A stretch of 64,000 bases of DNA from Nemertoderma westbladi (GCA_032718475.1 JAUCBJ010001029.1:1-64000), one strand, 5' to 3'; shown: positions 52,228 through 62,955, numbered from the stretch's first letter. Notes: generated by a model from the letters alone, not told the origin. Numbers and translations are program-made.

Positions 52228-52419
52228 ATGGAAGTATCGATCACACCCATTGATATAATTCAAGTTGAGCCAGGAATCTGGCACGTCGAAGTTGAGGTAC
52301 AAGGAACGAACGTCGGACGATTCAGGATTACTGTTCGGGTGGTTCAAGCTGAGTACAATACCTACGAGGAACTGTTTTACGACATCGCGTATCTCGCCAT
52401 CGACGAGGCGTTACAATGA
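52228..52419 (+). CDS. 63-aa upstream ORF whose stop overlaps the gag ATG (ATGA)
   Basis: ATG start, protein-like amphipathic beta/alpha pattern, exact 4-nt overlap. Confidence 0.5.
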   Translation: MEVSITPIDIIQVEPGIWHVEVEVQGTNVGRFRITVRVVQAEYNTYEELFYDIAYLAIDEALQ

Positions 52420-55400
52420 CAACAAATAACGTATCCGATACCGACGAGATGGATCACAACACAGACTCGGAAGCCGACGAGGTACCAAACGTCAAAAACA
52501 TGACCCGTCGGTTAGGGGCTCTTAAAGGCGGAGTAACCCGAGCGTATCAACGGATGGAGAAACAACTCAAGGGAGTCAAAACCCCCCTCAATGAGGTACA
52601 AACTCAGCTTCAAAGTATCCGAAATATCCTACAGCGGTACGAAAGAATGATACAGGCGTACCAAGAGCTCGTTCCCCCCACCGATCTGGAAAACTACCCC
52701 AAGCTGGAAGAACACGTTGTACATCTAGATGGGTTCCGCAAACAACACCGGAGGACCCTCAGCCTTGTGAGAGGCTATGAGGAACAGTATTACAAGAGGG
52801 CTGAAAGAACAGACGCGGAATCAGTACGATCCTCCAGCATCAGGACAGGAGTACATCGCAAGAGAATGGGGTCCACCAGAAATCAGCACTCCAGCGCTAG
52901 GAGCGAGATATCCGGCTCAGCGCGCAGTTCTCAAGGGGCGCCGCCACTCCGAGACCAACTGCGAGAGCGGAAGGCATTAGCCCTCAAAGCTCGGATGGAA
53001 GATGAGTATATTCAACTGCAAGCCGAGCAAGATGTATTAGCTGCAGAAACCCAAAGGCGAGAGGCCGAACAAGCGGCCGAACGGCAGGCCGAACAACGTG
53101 AACAGGAAGCCGAACAACGCAGGCGAGAGGCCGAACAACGCAAACACGAGGACGAACGACAGGCCGAACAGCGCAAACACGAGGCCGAACAACGCAAACA
53201 GGAGGCCGAACAACGCGGACGAGAGGCCGAACGGGAGATCGAACAACGTAAATGGGAAGCAGAAATGCGTAAACAACACGCCGAGGCCCAAGCAATTCTC
53301 ATCCACAAAAAGAACGCGGATATTGCAAAACTCGCGGAATACGAAGCCGCACTTATAGAACGAGATATTCAACTCTACGAGGACTGGGAGAGGGATATAG
53401 ATCAGGAATATGAACCAATCCCGGTACCGGAATTAGAAAAGTCATTTATACCGACAGCGGCGAAACTTCCGAAACCCGAAATCCCGCCTACCAAACAGTC
53501 TACGCTATCGGCACAAGCACCGGTGTTCCATCCACCACCGGCTACGTTAAAGAATGAGGAACCCTATTTCCCATCCAACACCACGACAGCGAGTGTACCC
53601 AAGTACGAGCCTGAAAAGGACTCGGAACGGGACGCCACTCCCCGATCAAACAACCCATTTACATCAACACCACTAACTCGCAGCCGCGTCATTATTAAAA
53701 CTCCGCCTATCATTGATCCATCAAGTATGGGAGTGAGTGCCAATAACTATAACCCTCCGAGTCACTCCAGTTCAGACGATGTCAGCATCATCCGGGCGTT
53801 GGAGAACCGCCTTGCCATGCCGAAGATGGAGATTCGCACCTTCGAAGGAGATCCCGTCGATTACCTCAGATTCAAGAAACGGTTCTTTGCGCAGATTGGA
53901 TCAACGGACATAGCCGACGCACAGAAATTGGTATATTTATCGCAATACCTGGGTGACAAACCCCGCAGAATTGTTGCATGTTTTGAAGGAGGTTCTCATG
54001 AGGCATACTATGACGCATGGAAAACTCTAGACAAAAGATACGGAAATACCGGAACTATAATTAATAAAACTCTAGAGAGACTGATACAGGATGCGGGATC
54101 ACTAGGGGACCCACAGAACATACAGGAATTCTCCGACTCTATGAAAGATGCCTATTATACTCTGAAACCCTTAAATAAGGAGGACCAGGTGAACAACATT
54201 CTAAACCTCCGACAGATCGCCCGGAAGTTCCCCGGATGGCTACAAAGTAAGTGGGCTTATAAATGTGTAGATCTCTGGCGCAGACATCCAGATCGAGATC
54301 CTAGCTTCCTTGAAATGTCGGCATTCCTGGATGATATCTCCGAAGCCATGAATGACTCGATGTTTTCAAAACAAAGTCTCGCAAAGTTGGACGGAATAGA
54401 GAGCAACTCTAGGAGTAAGATAACCCCTCCGAAACCGAGATTCCGCCCCCCACCGGTAAGTACGATGGCCATTACCATGGCCGAGGATTCCGACGACGAA
54501 GACTACGAGGAACCGACATCCGCTGAGGAATGGGCATGTTATCTCGCGAGTTGGGCACCCGAAAGGGAAGGCATCACAAATTCCCTGCTCTGTCTCTTCT
54601 GTGGGGAGAAACATAAAGTGGAATTCTGCAGGAAGTTTCAGTTCGCCGAACTCGTCCCACGTTTCGAGGCGATAATGAAACACCGAGGATGCTTCCGGTG
54701 TCTTGGAACAGGTCACTACGTTCGGGATTGCGACCAAAGGTCGTGCTGTGCTGTCTGTAACGACCAATGCCATCACACGCTCCTCCACATCCCCGCGAAC
54801 TTCGACTTTACTACCCTCCCCTTTCGGATCGAAGCCAGGCGAAGAGGAGAAACAAACCACGTCTTCAAAGGAACCCGGACAACCCAACGGAGAGAAACCA
54901 ACCCGTTTAAAATCTCCACCGATACACCACAAGTAACAAATATTTCGGCCACGATTAATCTTATAAATCGCCGCTACATGGTTTTCGCAAAGGTAATCCC
55001 AGTAAGGATCCAAGGAGTCGGCAAATCTTTGACGACACTCGCATTCCTCGATAACGGGTCCGACGGAACCATCATTGACCGGGATTTTCTCGAGCAACTC
55101 GGCCTAGAATATGAGCCTTGTAAACGGCCCATACAAACCATCACCGATAACAGAGAGGTAGAGTCCGGGGAGGTGCAACTCCAGATGGAAGGAGTGATGA
55201 AGGGCTACGAAACGGCTAAGTTAACCATAAAGAACGCCTTGGTACACACAGACCTCCGGGTGCGATTCCGACAATCAGCCGAGTACGCCCCCCTCATACA
55301 ATTGGACCGGGACGATGTAGACCTGAGGTGTCCGCAGTTGGACGTAAACCGTATCACCCTACTGATCGGACTTGATACACCGGAACTACAAATCCCCACC

Positions 55401-57902
55401 GGAGATATCGCCCGATCTATAAACCAGGATGACGGATTTTATGCTGAACGAACAATAATGGGATGGACACTCTGCGGCATTAAGGAGGAAACCACGGACA
55501 CCTATACCTACCTTCCCAAATGTCAGATTAAAGAGAATGTAACCTCCGTGGGTTACTGCTCAGCTTCGGATCTCGACGAGGATTTGTTTCTGGAAACCGA
55601 GAAAACCCAACGAGAGATGACAAAATATTTTAATTTGGAGACCCAGGAGTTCGCGGAAAAGGACGAAAATCCATCCGAAGAGGACCAATATTGTATGGAC
55701 GTTCTCGACCAGGCCACGTTTAAAGACGGACACTGGAGTTCACCTATGTTATGGAAGGACCCAAACAAACCAATGGCAAACAACGCCAGCATGGCACTTA
55801 GGCGACTTAAAGGGATTCTACGCCGGTTGAATGACCAACCCGAGATAAAGGAGAAGTATAACACCGTAATCCAAGGATATCTCGATGATGGATTAGCAGA
55901 AATGGTACCACGGAACGAACTGCAAGGTGGTAAAAGAACATATTATCTCCCGACCCACTATGTAGTAGAAGCCCGCAAAGGTGGGAAAATCCGAGTGGTA
56001 AATGATGCTGCCGCTATATACCAGGGCGAATCCCTAAACAGTCAACTTTATACGGGACCCAACATATATAGCACACTCATCGGCGTATTGATCAGGTTCA
56101 GGGAAAACCGGGTAGCATTCACCTGTGACATCAAGGCCATGTTTCATCAAGTTCGTACATTACCAAGAGACTCGGACTGTCTACGTATCCTATGGACGGA
56201 TAAAACGCTCACTCAACAGGAGATTAGCCAACTCACGATAAAGGACGTAGACATAATGCGTATGGTCGTCAGGATCTTCGGCGCTAAGGACTCGCCGGTA
56301 GCATGCAGTGACATGCTAAAGAGGACGGCAACCATGTGCGAAAACGAGTTCCCTCCAACCGTCATAGAAACCATTCGACGATGCTTCTACGCGGACGACG
56401 GATGCGCTGGCGCGGATAATGTAGATGAGGCGTATCAGCTAGCAATGGGGATGGTAGAATGTCTAAAGAAAGGAGGGTTCCCACTCGTGAAGTTCAGATC
56501 CCACGACAAAACACTTATGGAGAAGTTTCCGGAGGACATCCGGCTGGAAAATAACAAGATGTATTCGGAGGATGTGGAACATCGTGTACTCGGGATTGAA
56601 TGGGACATAGAATCAGATGAATTCATCTTCAAATATAAACCCCTACCCAAGCCTATGACAAAAAGGGGATGTTTGTCGATAAAAAGTGCAATCTTCGACC
56701 CACTAAATTTCATATCTCCAGTAACCTTGGCCGGAATGAACCTGATTAAGGAAATGTGGATAGAAGGACTGGGATGGGACGAAGAGCTTCCCCCATACCT
56801 TAGCGTCAAATGGAGAAAATGGACGGAGCAACTCGAACATCTACATCTTATGCGGATACCTAGACCGTTCTTCCTCGATAAACTGCCCACCGATATCTTC
56901 CAGCTCCACACCTTTTCGGATGCTTCAAATACCGGAATCGGCGTAGTAACCTTCTTACGGAGACTAAGTAGCGATGGAAACGGCGATACAAGCTTCTTAT
57001 TCTCCAAAGCAAAGACGGTATCCGGGGAATTCGTAGCAACGATTCCGAGACTCGAGCTACAAGCTGCAGTTTGGGCAGTAAGACAGAATCGCATGGCCAT
57101 GCGGAACCTACGGATCCCCATAGAATCTCAACACTTCTGGGTAGATTCGAGTATAGTTCTCTATTATCTCCACTCTCCATCACGGCGTCACACCACGTTT
57201 GTTGCAAACCGAGCCACAGAGATTAAACAGTGTACCGGCCGAGAACAGTGGCATCACGTAAACGGGAAGGAAAACCCAGCGGACTTATCAAGCCAAGGCG
57301 CCACCCCAAAACAACTCGGTAAAAGTAAACTCTGGCTTACAGGCCCGGAATTCCTACGGCAGCCACAGTTAACATGGAGTACCCGATTCGACCCCGAACT
57401 CGATAGCGGAAAATACTCCGAGGACGATAAAGAGATTCGTAAAATCCATCGAAGCAACGCGGTGGAAATTTATAGTTGCCTGACTGAGCCTGCAAAGGAC
57501 TCGGGCAGGCACTATAATGTCGCGACGATCACTCAACTAGCGACGTCTTTACATCGGTTGATCGAGCGAACTTCATCCATGAGACGGCTCGTCCACCACG
57601 TTATAACCCTTCGCAACTTCCTACGGTGGAAAAACAACAAACCGATAGTTCAACGGAATATACAAGAACTCATTATCGCGGAGAAGTGTATTGTTAGATA
57701 TGTCCAGAAAGAAAGTTTCCCCGATGAATGGGAACAACTTAGTGCGGGCAAAACGTTGAAACCGGACAGCCCAGTCTACCAACTAAGACCAATGATGGGA
57801 GAGGACGGACTGATCCGACTGAATACCCGGATGGCAAACGCCCCGGTCGAATATGAGGTTAAATACCCGGCGCTTCTGCCCGCTTCTAGCTTCTTCTTCT
57901 AG
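52416..57902 (+). CDS. BEL/Pao gag-pol polyprotein (coiled coil, DUF1759-like capsid, 3 zinc knuckles, aspartic protease, RT, RNase H)
   Basis: PKMEIRTFEGDP; CLFCGEKHKVEFC, CFRCLGTGHYVRDC, CAVCNDQCHHTLLH; FLDNGS; CDIKAMFHQV; FYADD; HTFSDAS, IPRLELQAA, FWVDS, NPAD. Confidence 0.95.
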   Translation: MTTNNVSDTDEMDHNTDSEADEVPNVKNMTRRLGALKGGVTRAYQRMEKQLKGVKTPLNEVQTQLQSIRNILQRYERMIQAYQELVPPTDLENYPKLEEHVVHLDGFRKQHRRTLSLVRGYEEQYYKRAERTDAESVRSSSIRTGVHRKRMGSTRNQHSSARSEISGSARSSQGAPPLRDQLRERKALALKARMEDEYIQLQAEQDVLAAETQRREAEQAAERQAEQREQEAEQRRREAEQRKHEDERQAEQRKHEAEQRKQEAEQRGREAEREIEQRKWEAEMRKQHAEAQAILIHKKNADIAKLAEYEAALIERDIQLYEDWERDIDQEYEPIPVPELEKSFIPTAAKLPKPEIPPTKQSTLSAQAPVFHPPPATLKNEEPYFPSNTTTASVPKYEPEKDSERDATPRSNNPFTSTPLTRSRVIIKTPPIIDPSSMGVSANNYNPPSHSSSDDVSIIRALENRLAMPKMEIRTFEGDPVDYLRFKKRFFAQIGSTDIADAQKLVYLSQYLGDKPRRIVACFEGGSHEAYYDAWKTLDKRYGNTGTIINKTLERLIQDAGSLGDPQNIQEFSDSMKDAYYTLKPLNKEDQVNNILNLRQIARKFPGWLQSKWAYKCVDLWRRHPDRDPSFLEMSAFLDDISEAMNDSMFSKQSLAKLDGIESNSRSKITPPKPRFRPPPVSTMAITMAEDSDDEDYEEPTSAEEWACYLASWAPEREGITNSLLCLFCGEKHKVEFCRKFQFAELVPRFEAIMKHRGCFRCLGTGHYVRDCDQRSCCAVCNDQCHHTLLHIPANFDFTTLPFRIEARRRGETNHVFKGTRTTQRRETNPFKISTDTPQVTNISATINLINRRYMVFAKVIPVRIQGVGKSLTTLAFLDNGSDGTIIDRDFLEQLGLEYEPCKRPIQTITDNREVESGEVQLQMEGVMKGYETAKLTIKNALVHTDLRVRFRQSAEYAPLIQLDRDDVDLRCPQLDVNRITLLIGLDTPELQIPTGDIARSINQDDGFYAERTIMGWTLCGIKEETTDTYTYLPKCQIKENVTSVGYCSASDLDEDLFLETEKTQREMTKYFNLETQEFAEKDENPSEEDQYCMDVLDQATFKDGHWSSPMLWKDPNKPMANNASMALRRLKGILRRLNDQPEIKEKYNTVIQGYLDDGLAEMVPRNELQGGKRTYYLPTHYVVEARKGGKIRVVNDAAAIYQGESLNSQLYTGPNIYSTLIGVLIRFRENRVAFTCDIKAMFHQVRTLPRDSDCLRILWTDKTLTQQEISQLTIKDVDIMRMVVRIFGAKDSPVACSDMLKRTATMCENEFPPTVIETIRRCFYADDGCAGADNVDEAYQLAMGMVECLKKGGFPLVKFRSHDKTLMEKFPEDIRLENNKMYSEDVEHRVLGIEWDIESDEFIFKYKPLPKPMTKRGCLSIKSAIFDPLNFISPVTLAGMNLIKEMWIEGLGWDEELPPYLSVKWRKWTEQLEHLHLMRIPRPFFLDKLPTDIFQLHTFSDASNTGIGVVTFLRRLSSDGNGDTSFLFSKAKTVSGEFVATIPRLELQAAVWAVRQNRMAMRNLRIPIESQHFWVDSSIVLYYLHSPSRRHTTFVANRATEIKQCTGREQWHHVNGKENPADLSSQGATPKQLGKSKLWLTGPEFLRQPQLTWSTRFDPELDSGKYSEDDKEIRKIHRSNAVEIYSCLTEPAKDSGRHYNVATITQLATSLHRLIERTSSMRRLVHHVITLRNFLRWKNNKPIVQRNIQELIIAEKCIVRYVQKESFPDEWEQLSAGKTLKPDSPVYQLRPMMGEDGLIRLNTRMANAPVEYEVKYPALLPASSFFF

Positions 57903-57922
57903 CGCCACCAATCACTCAAAAG

Positions 57923-58945
57923 ATGGCCGACTTACCAGCCACCCATCTACAAGCGGATTCCCAGCCATTCTACGTCACCGGGGTGGACTGTTTCGGACCG
58001 TTCACGGTTATTGAACGACGATCCAACATCAAATGCTGGGGAGCCATCTTCACCTGCCTGAGGTCTAGGGCAATTTACCTAGATATCGTGGTAAATCTGA
58101 CACAACACGCATTCATCAACGCTCTGCGTCGGTTCGTGGCGAACAACGGGACATGCCGCCACATGTATTCCGATAATGGTACAAACTTTGTGGGAGGAGA
58201 AAGGGAACTCAGAGAGGCGATCGAGGGATGGTTTACCGATAACACCGCATCCCAAGTCTGGAAGGAACACCAGATACAGTGGCACTTCCAGACCCCCTTA
58301 GCCCCCCATACGAGCGGGGTATGGGAGAAACTGATCGACCTCGTGAAACGATCCATGCGCGTCGCTCTAGGCGATACCCGGGTAACCCATGACACCCTCC
58401 GCACAACATTCTGCGAGATCACGGCTACCCTGAACAACCGACCTATTGTCCCTATCCGCGACGACCCCACAGACCTGGAGCCCCTCACTCCTAACCACCT
58501 ACTGGGGAGACCCAAAACCCACGTTCTCCCGGAAACCATGTTCCCGGATCCCAACGAGATCGCGAAGCATACAAACTGGAAAAAGGCCCAAGCGTTGGCA
58601 GCGCATTGGTGGAGAATTTGGGCCCAGGAATATCTCATAACCCTCCGGACCAGGAGAAAATGGAACAACACCTACCGGAACGTCGCAGTTGGCGACATGG
58701 TACTAGTTAAAGAAGATCTCAAAGACCGCGTTCACTGGCCTGTGGCGCGGGTCGTGACCATACACCCAAGTAAAGACGGACTTGCGAGGACTGTGACGAT
58801 ACGAACGGCAAAGGGCCACTACCAACGCCCTATCCAGAAGCTGTGCCTTCTTGAAGGCAATGATAGTGGTGACTCTACGAGAGGTGATAAGATCCCTACT
58901 CAAGATCCTGCTGTGGACATTGGTGACAATTACAAACCCGTGTAA
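57923..58945 (+). pseudogene. Integrase core and C-terminus, out of frame with pol; HHCC zinc domain missing
   Basis: MADLP...TGVDCFGP, MYSDNGTNF, APHTSGVWE, LNNRP, LTPNHLLG, WPVARV; different frame from pol. Confidence 0.85.
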
Positions 58946-59223
58946 CCCTTCTCATCATGTTGACAAACTCCTTTAAACTGTGATTTATCGACAACGAGTT
59001 ATGGACCCCCCTTAAACCAACTGTAACCACGCAATGGTATTTGTGTTTCCTCGTGTGTTATGTGGAGTCCAGCGTCACCCTGCAGATGTTTCGACTGACG
59101 CAGGGTCGTTTATGTATTGTTTACCCTGATTTTGGTCATCGGGACCAACGATATTGGATTATTGGAAATGGAAAAGATTTGAAGTGGAATTCATTGTATT
59201 CATCGCAGTATGTTATGTTGTCC

Positions 59224-59634
59224 GTTGCGTGCGCAGTTCGGGGCGTAGGCGGTGTAACGAGTCCAGCTGTAGATCCCGGATTGCCGCGCAACACCCCCTC
59301 TATCCCGTTATTCTGGTGGGTCCATGGTGCATCCACGTGACTTCGACGATAGAGGGTTTTATGTTTCTCAGTCGCGTTATTCTGGTGGGACCGTTACGTG
59401 GATTTTGGGGCGTAGGCGGTGTAACGAGTCCAGCTGTAGATCCCAGAATGTTGCGTAACCCCATCCCACATGACTTCGTCGACTGAGCTTTATGTTGTTG
59501 GGAGTGTTATTCTGGTGGGTCCCTGGTGCATCCACGTGACTTCACTCCTAGCGTCTTCATTGTCCGTTACGTGCGCAGTTTGGGGCGTAGGCGGTGTAAC
59601 GAGTCCAGCTGTAGATCCCAGATTGCCGCGTAAC
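59224..59634 (+). ncRNA. Cluster of two covarying structured-RNA motifs, three copies each
   Basis: Invariant 32-nt core on compensatory stems; double-bulge helix with three unrelated closing stems. Confidence 0.7.
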
Positions 59635-60197
59635 ACCCCTTCCACGACAAAGATTAACCAAAGAAAATGATTGAATATAGTTGGAAATGATGAAAAGGAT
59701 CAGACAACTCTGCTATAAACCTGAATGATGATGCGTATGCTGATGAAAATGTAATGATGCGCACCCTGGTGTTGCGCTTATAACCAATGATGATAGCCGG
59801 GGGGCTATAAACCCAATGATGATGTGGAAATAAATAAATGTGAAATAAATGGTGGAAATAAATGTGTTGAAATATATGTGGAAATAAATGAAATGAAATG
59901 AAATAATAATGAAATGAAAAAAGACAAAAAAAAAGGTATAAAAGAGGTCAAAGAAAAGAATTGGAAAAAAAAAGGACAAAAAAGTCATAAAAAACTGGTT
60001 GGATATTATGTATAGCTATAGTAACTGTAAATGCTGAATGTATTAGCAATAAGATGATAGATGCCTATATAGCAATGTTATTTTATAAACTGAATTAAAT
60101 AAAAACTGAATTATTCTGCTATCGCTATATGCTATAGTTTCAGACTTTCTGGACTTATAATTAACTGAACTAATTTGTAACGGATATAATCGTAAAT

Positions 60198-62798
60198 ATG
60201 GACCCAAATCGCCAAATTATCGGCGAATTACGTAACACGGTAGATCTACTGGAATATTCGCAACCCGGATCCCCTGACTTTGATACGAATTGGAGCACCC
60301 TACTAAATGAGAATGTGCGAGTCATTAAATTCACCGGGCGAGAGGGACCGGATTCTAAGAATCTACGAGCCCTCCGGTTAGCCGATGCTAGTACGAGACT
60401 GAAAAGAACTCGGAACGCAAAGGCAACCGGAGGGGACGATTCGTCGTTTTGGGAAACGTTCCGACAGAGCGTCTACAGATCCCGATGTTTGATCTACGAC
60501 AACGAGGGAAACGCGACGCCCACCTCGAAAGCGATTACGTTGGCGAGATGTCAAAGTTTCGTCGACGACAAGAGTACGTACCTCGCCCACTGGGGAAACC
60601 TGTCGGAGTGTACGGCGACGCTTCGAGAGGAACGCATATCGATTATCCAAAACCGCGACGACTACCAGGAAAAGTACGGGGCGAAAGAATACGGTCGATC
60701 CTTAGTCGTCGTCCTCGGAACCCTGGACGGTTTGGTACTGGTGTGCCGAATATTCCCGACACCCAGACAGGAAGTGCAGGCAGCCGGAGCGATCTGGTTG
60801 CTGCCTCCGGAAATCCAAAAGATCCTCTTCGACTTCGACGTCATTAAAATCGGGTCGGATATCAAGGCGGACGTCCGGAACGACTACGCGAATGCTCCTA
60901 CAGGAAGAAACCGACGAGACGACCTCAACGCCCTTAGCCATTGCATCGACACTCAAACGCTACTAGCCTGGTTACGATTCGCCGAGTTCATGCGAGGATT
61001 CCAAGAGGTGAGACCGACGAAATCCGGGATCGGCTACCTCGCTGTGCTCAACGGCGGTATCGACTTCAAACCCCAGAAATTCCGGGACTATAATAAAATA
61101 TACGGTGGATACCCGGGATTGGAAATAAAGAGCGAGCGAGAGGGTCGATGGAAGGACGTTGATCGGAAATGGACGATACACCAAAGATGGGAGAATCCCG
61201 ATCGACGGAACTACGTTTACGTCGTTATGGAATGCTACACCGTCGCTAAGTTTATCTGTAAAACTCTCGATAACCTTATTACGGCGGTCCCCCTTTCCTT
61301 CGTCGACTACGACTGGAATGAGGTTATAAACCACGCGTTTAAAGCGGTCGAGAACATTACACCGGGAGAATCGAAAACGCCCGCCGTTATCGATTCCTGG
61401 GACGAGAGCGGACCTTACGACATCCCTACGATTACCGAACTTCTCGGTGCGGAGGAGCCTCTGATCTCCTCGGAAGGGGAAGAGATATGGCTAAACGAGG
61501 GTGTTCTACTCTCCACCCCGAAGCGACAACTCGAGCCGGAGGCCGCGTACGGACCGGCCGCCAAACGGGTTGCCTCGGCCGAACCGATGAAGAGAGCAGG
61601 CGTCTACACCCCACGCGGCTCCGGTAGCCCCGCGAGAGAGGTAGCCACTACAGCCGCATTGAGCGACTTTGGCGACATATGCCAACGGTTATCCCCGTAT
61701 CCTTTCCCGGGCGGCGAAGATTGGTCGTCGGAGATTCCGAGTACCAGCCAACAACGGACCCGCTCAGCGATACTGGTCGAGGAAGGCCCCAGCGATGCGC
61801 CGACACCCGACGATCTCCTCGGTATCCCTCCGTCGAAAACCCCGGCACCTCTTCGCCGACCAGCGGTAGCTACTACACCCGCCGTTCCTCAGGACCCTAT
61901 GCGACTAACCCGTTGGTACGCCGAGCAAACTGAATGGATCCACCGCCAGAAACGGTCATCCGAGTTGAGACCAGCGGGACACAAAGAGGGTTATCGAAGC
62001 GAGAACATACTACGCAAAAGCCTAGCATTCCGCGGGCTACCGACCACCGAGAATATTCCGAAGAGCGACCGACTACTCGAATACTACGCCGGCGTCCCGA
62101 TTCCGATATTCACCGGTCGAGAGATGCAGTTGGAGGTATGCGGCGACTGCGGTTCGGAGCAGTGCCCACGCAGCAGAAGGAATCGGGTTACCGATTCTTG
62201 CCTCCAGCTCCTCGGGATACTCTATTGCCCATACTGCGCGATATCGGGCCACGACGTTTCGGTCTGTCCGATCCTTTATAACCTCTGCACCACGTGCGGT
62301 TTCCGTGGACATTCCGCTAGCCCCCGCTGCTATATTAAATGTCCAACCAAGGACGTTACCGCTATGGGCAATATGGTCATGTTTGAGACATACGCAAACA
62401 GCCATTTAAAGACCAAGTTTCGGAGAAACGCTCGGAATATCGCGCAGGAGATGGCGTGCGGATATTTCTCCTTCCCGGAACGCCTCCACACGTCGGCCTC
62501 GCTACCCTTCCATTACGTGGATCTGCTACTGAGCGCCGGATTATTCGGTCCATTCGAAGTTATTAGACGATTATATTCGTATAAAGAGGAGTTCGGTGAT
62601 GGAGAATGGTTCCTAGAGGCACGCAACTCCGAGTTGCAAAGACGAACCGACATGATACCGTTGCCTTCGAAAGGAAGAGCCGCCAGGAGACAAGCCGAAG
62701 CGTTACTCACAATGGATGTTGACGCTCCTCTACCAGCCATAGCGATCGATGAGAGTCGACGGGCGAAGAGACGAAAAGCGTACCAGAAAAAGAAGTAA
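60198..62798 (+). CDS. Accessory ORF: DEDDy (RNase D/WRN-like) 3'-5' exonuclease domain, disordered linker, C-terminal CCHC knuckles
   Basis: ExoI IYDNEG; LPPEIQKILFDFDVIKIGSDIKAD (ExoII); CIDTQ; KSGIGYLA; RWE...YVVME (ExoIII, E in place of D); CPYCAISGHDVSVC, CTTCGFRGHSASPRC. Confidence 0.75.
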   Translation: MDPNRQIIGELRNTVDLLEYSQPGSPDFDTNWSTLLNENVRVIKFTGREGPDSKNLRALRLADASTRLKRTRNAKATGGDDSSFWETFRQSVYRSRCLIYDNEGNATPTSKAITLARCQSFVDDKSTYLAHWGNLSECTATLREERISIIQNRDDYQEKYGAKEYGRSLVVVLGTLDGLVLVCRIFPTPRQEVQAAGAIWLLPPEIQKILFDFDVIKIGSDIKADVRNDYANAPTGRNRRDDLNALSHCIDTQTLLAWLRFAEFMRGFQEVRPTKSGIGYLAVLNGGIDFKPQKFRDYNKIYGGYPGLEIKSEREGRWKDVDRKWTIHQRWENPDRRNYVYVVMECYTVAKFICKTLDNLITAVPLSFVDYDWNEVINHAFKAVENITPGESKTPAVIDSWDESGPYDIPTITELLGAEEPLISSEGEEIWLNEGVLLSTPKRQLEPEAAYGPAAKRVASAEPMKRAGVYTPRGSGSPAREVATTAALSDFGDICQRLSPYPFPGGEDWSSEIPSTSQQRTRSAILVEEGPSDAPTPDDLLGIPPSKTPAPLRRPAVATTPAVPQDPMRLTRWYAEQTEWIHRQKRSSELRPAGHKEGYRSENILRKSLAFRGLPTTENIPKSDRLLEYYAGVPIPIFTGREMQLEVCGDCGSEQCPRSRRNRVTDSCLQLLGILYCPYCAISGHDVSVCPILYNLCTTCGFRGHSASPRCYIKCPTKDVTAMGNMVMFETYANSHLKTKFRRNARNIAQEMACGYFSFPERLHTSASLPFHYVDLLLSAGLFGPFEVIRRLYSYKEEFGDGEWFLEARNSELQRRTDMIPLPSKGRAARRQAEALLTMDVDAPLPAIAIDESRRAKRRKAYQKKK

Positions 62799-62955
62799 TG
62801 GATTGGGATATTCCAGGAACATTTATCGAACATTTATTTTTATACAAACTCTAGGCCAAATTAATTAAAAACTATGCAATATTAAATTTGGGATTTTTTA
62901 TATTGGGAATGACCTACGCAAACTCAATCGACCGACAGACTTCACGAAGGTCATT

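Noticed and set aside
60198-62798. Accessory ORF as an env gene
   Set aside because: No signal peptide or transmembrane segment is visible; motifs fit a DEDDy exonuclease.
52777-62833. Many overlapping alternative-frame and antisense ORFs within the BEL element
   Set aside because: Expected shadows of GC-rich coding sequence and the 21-bp gag repeat; no motifs.
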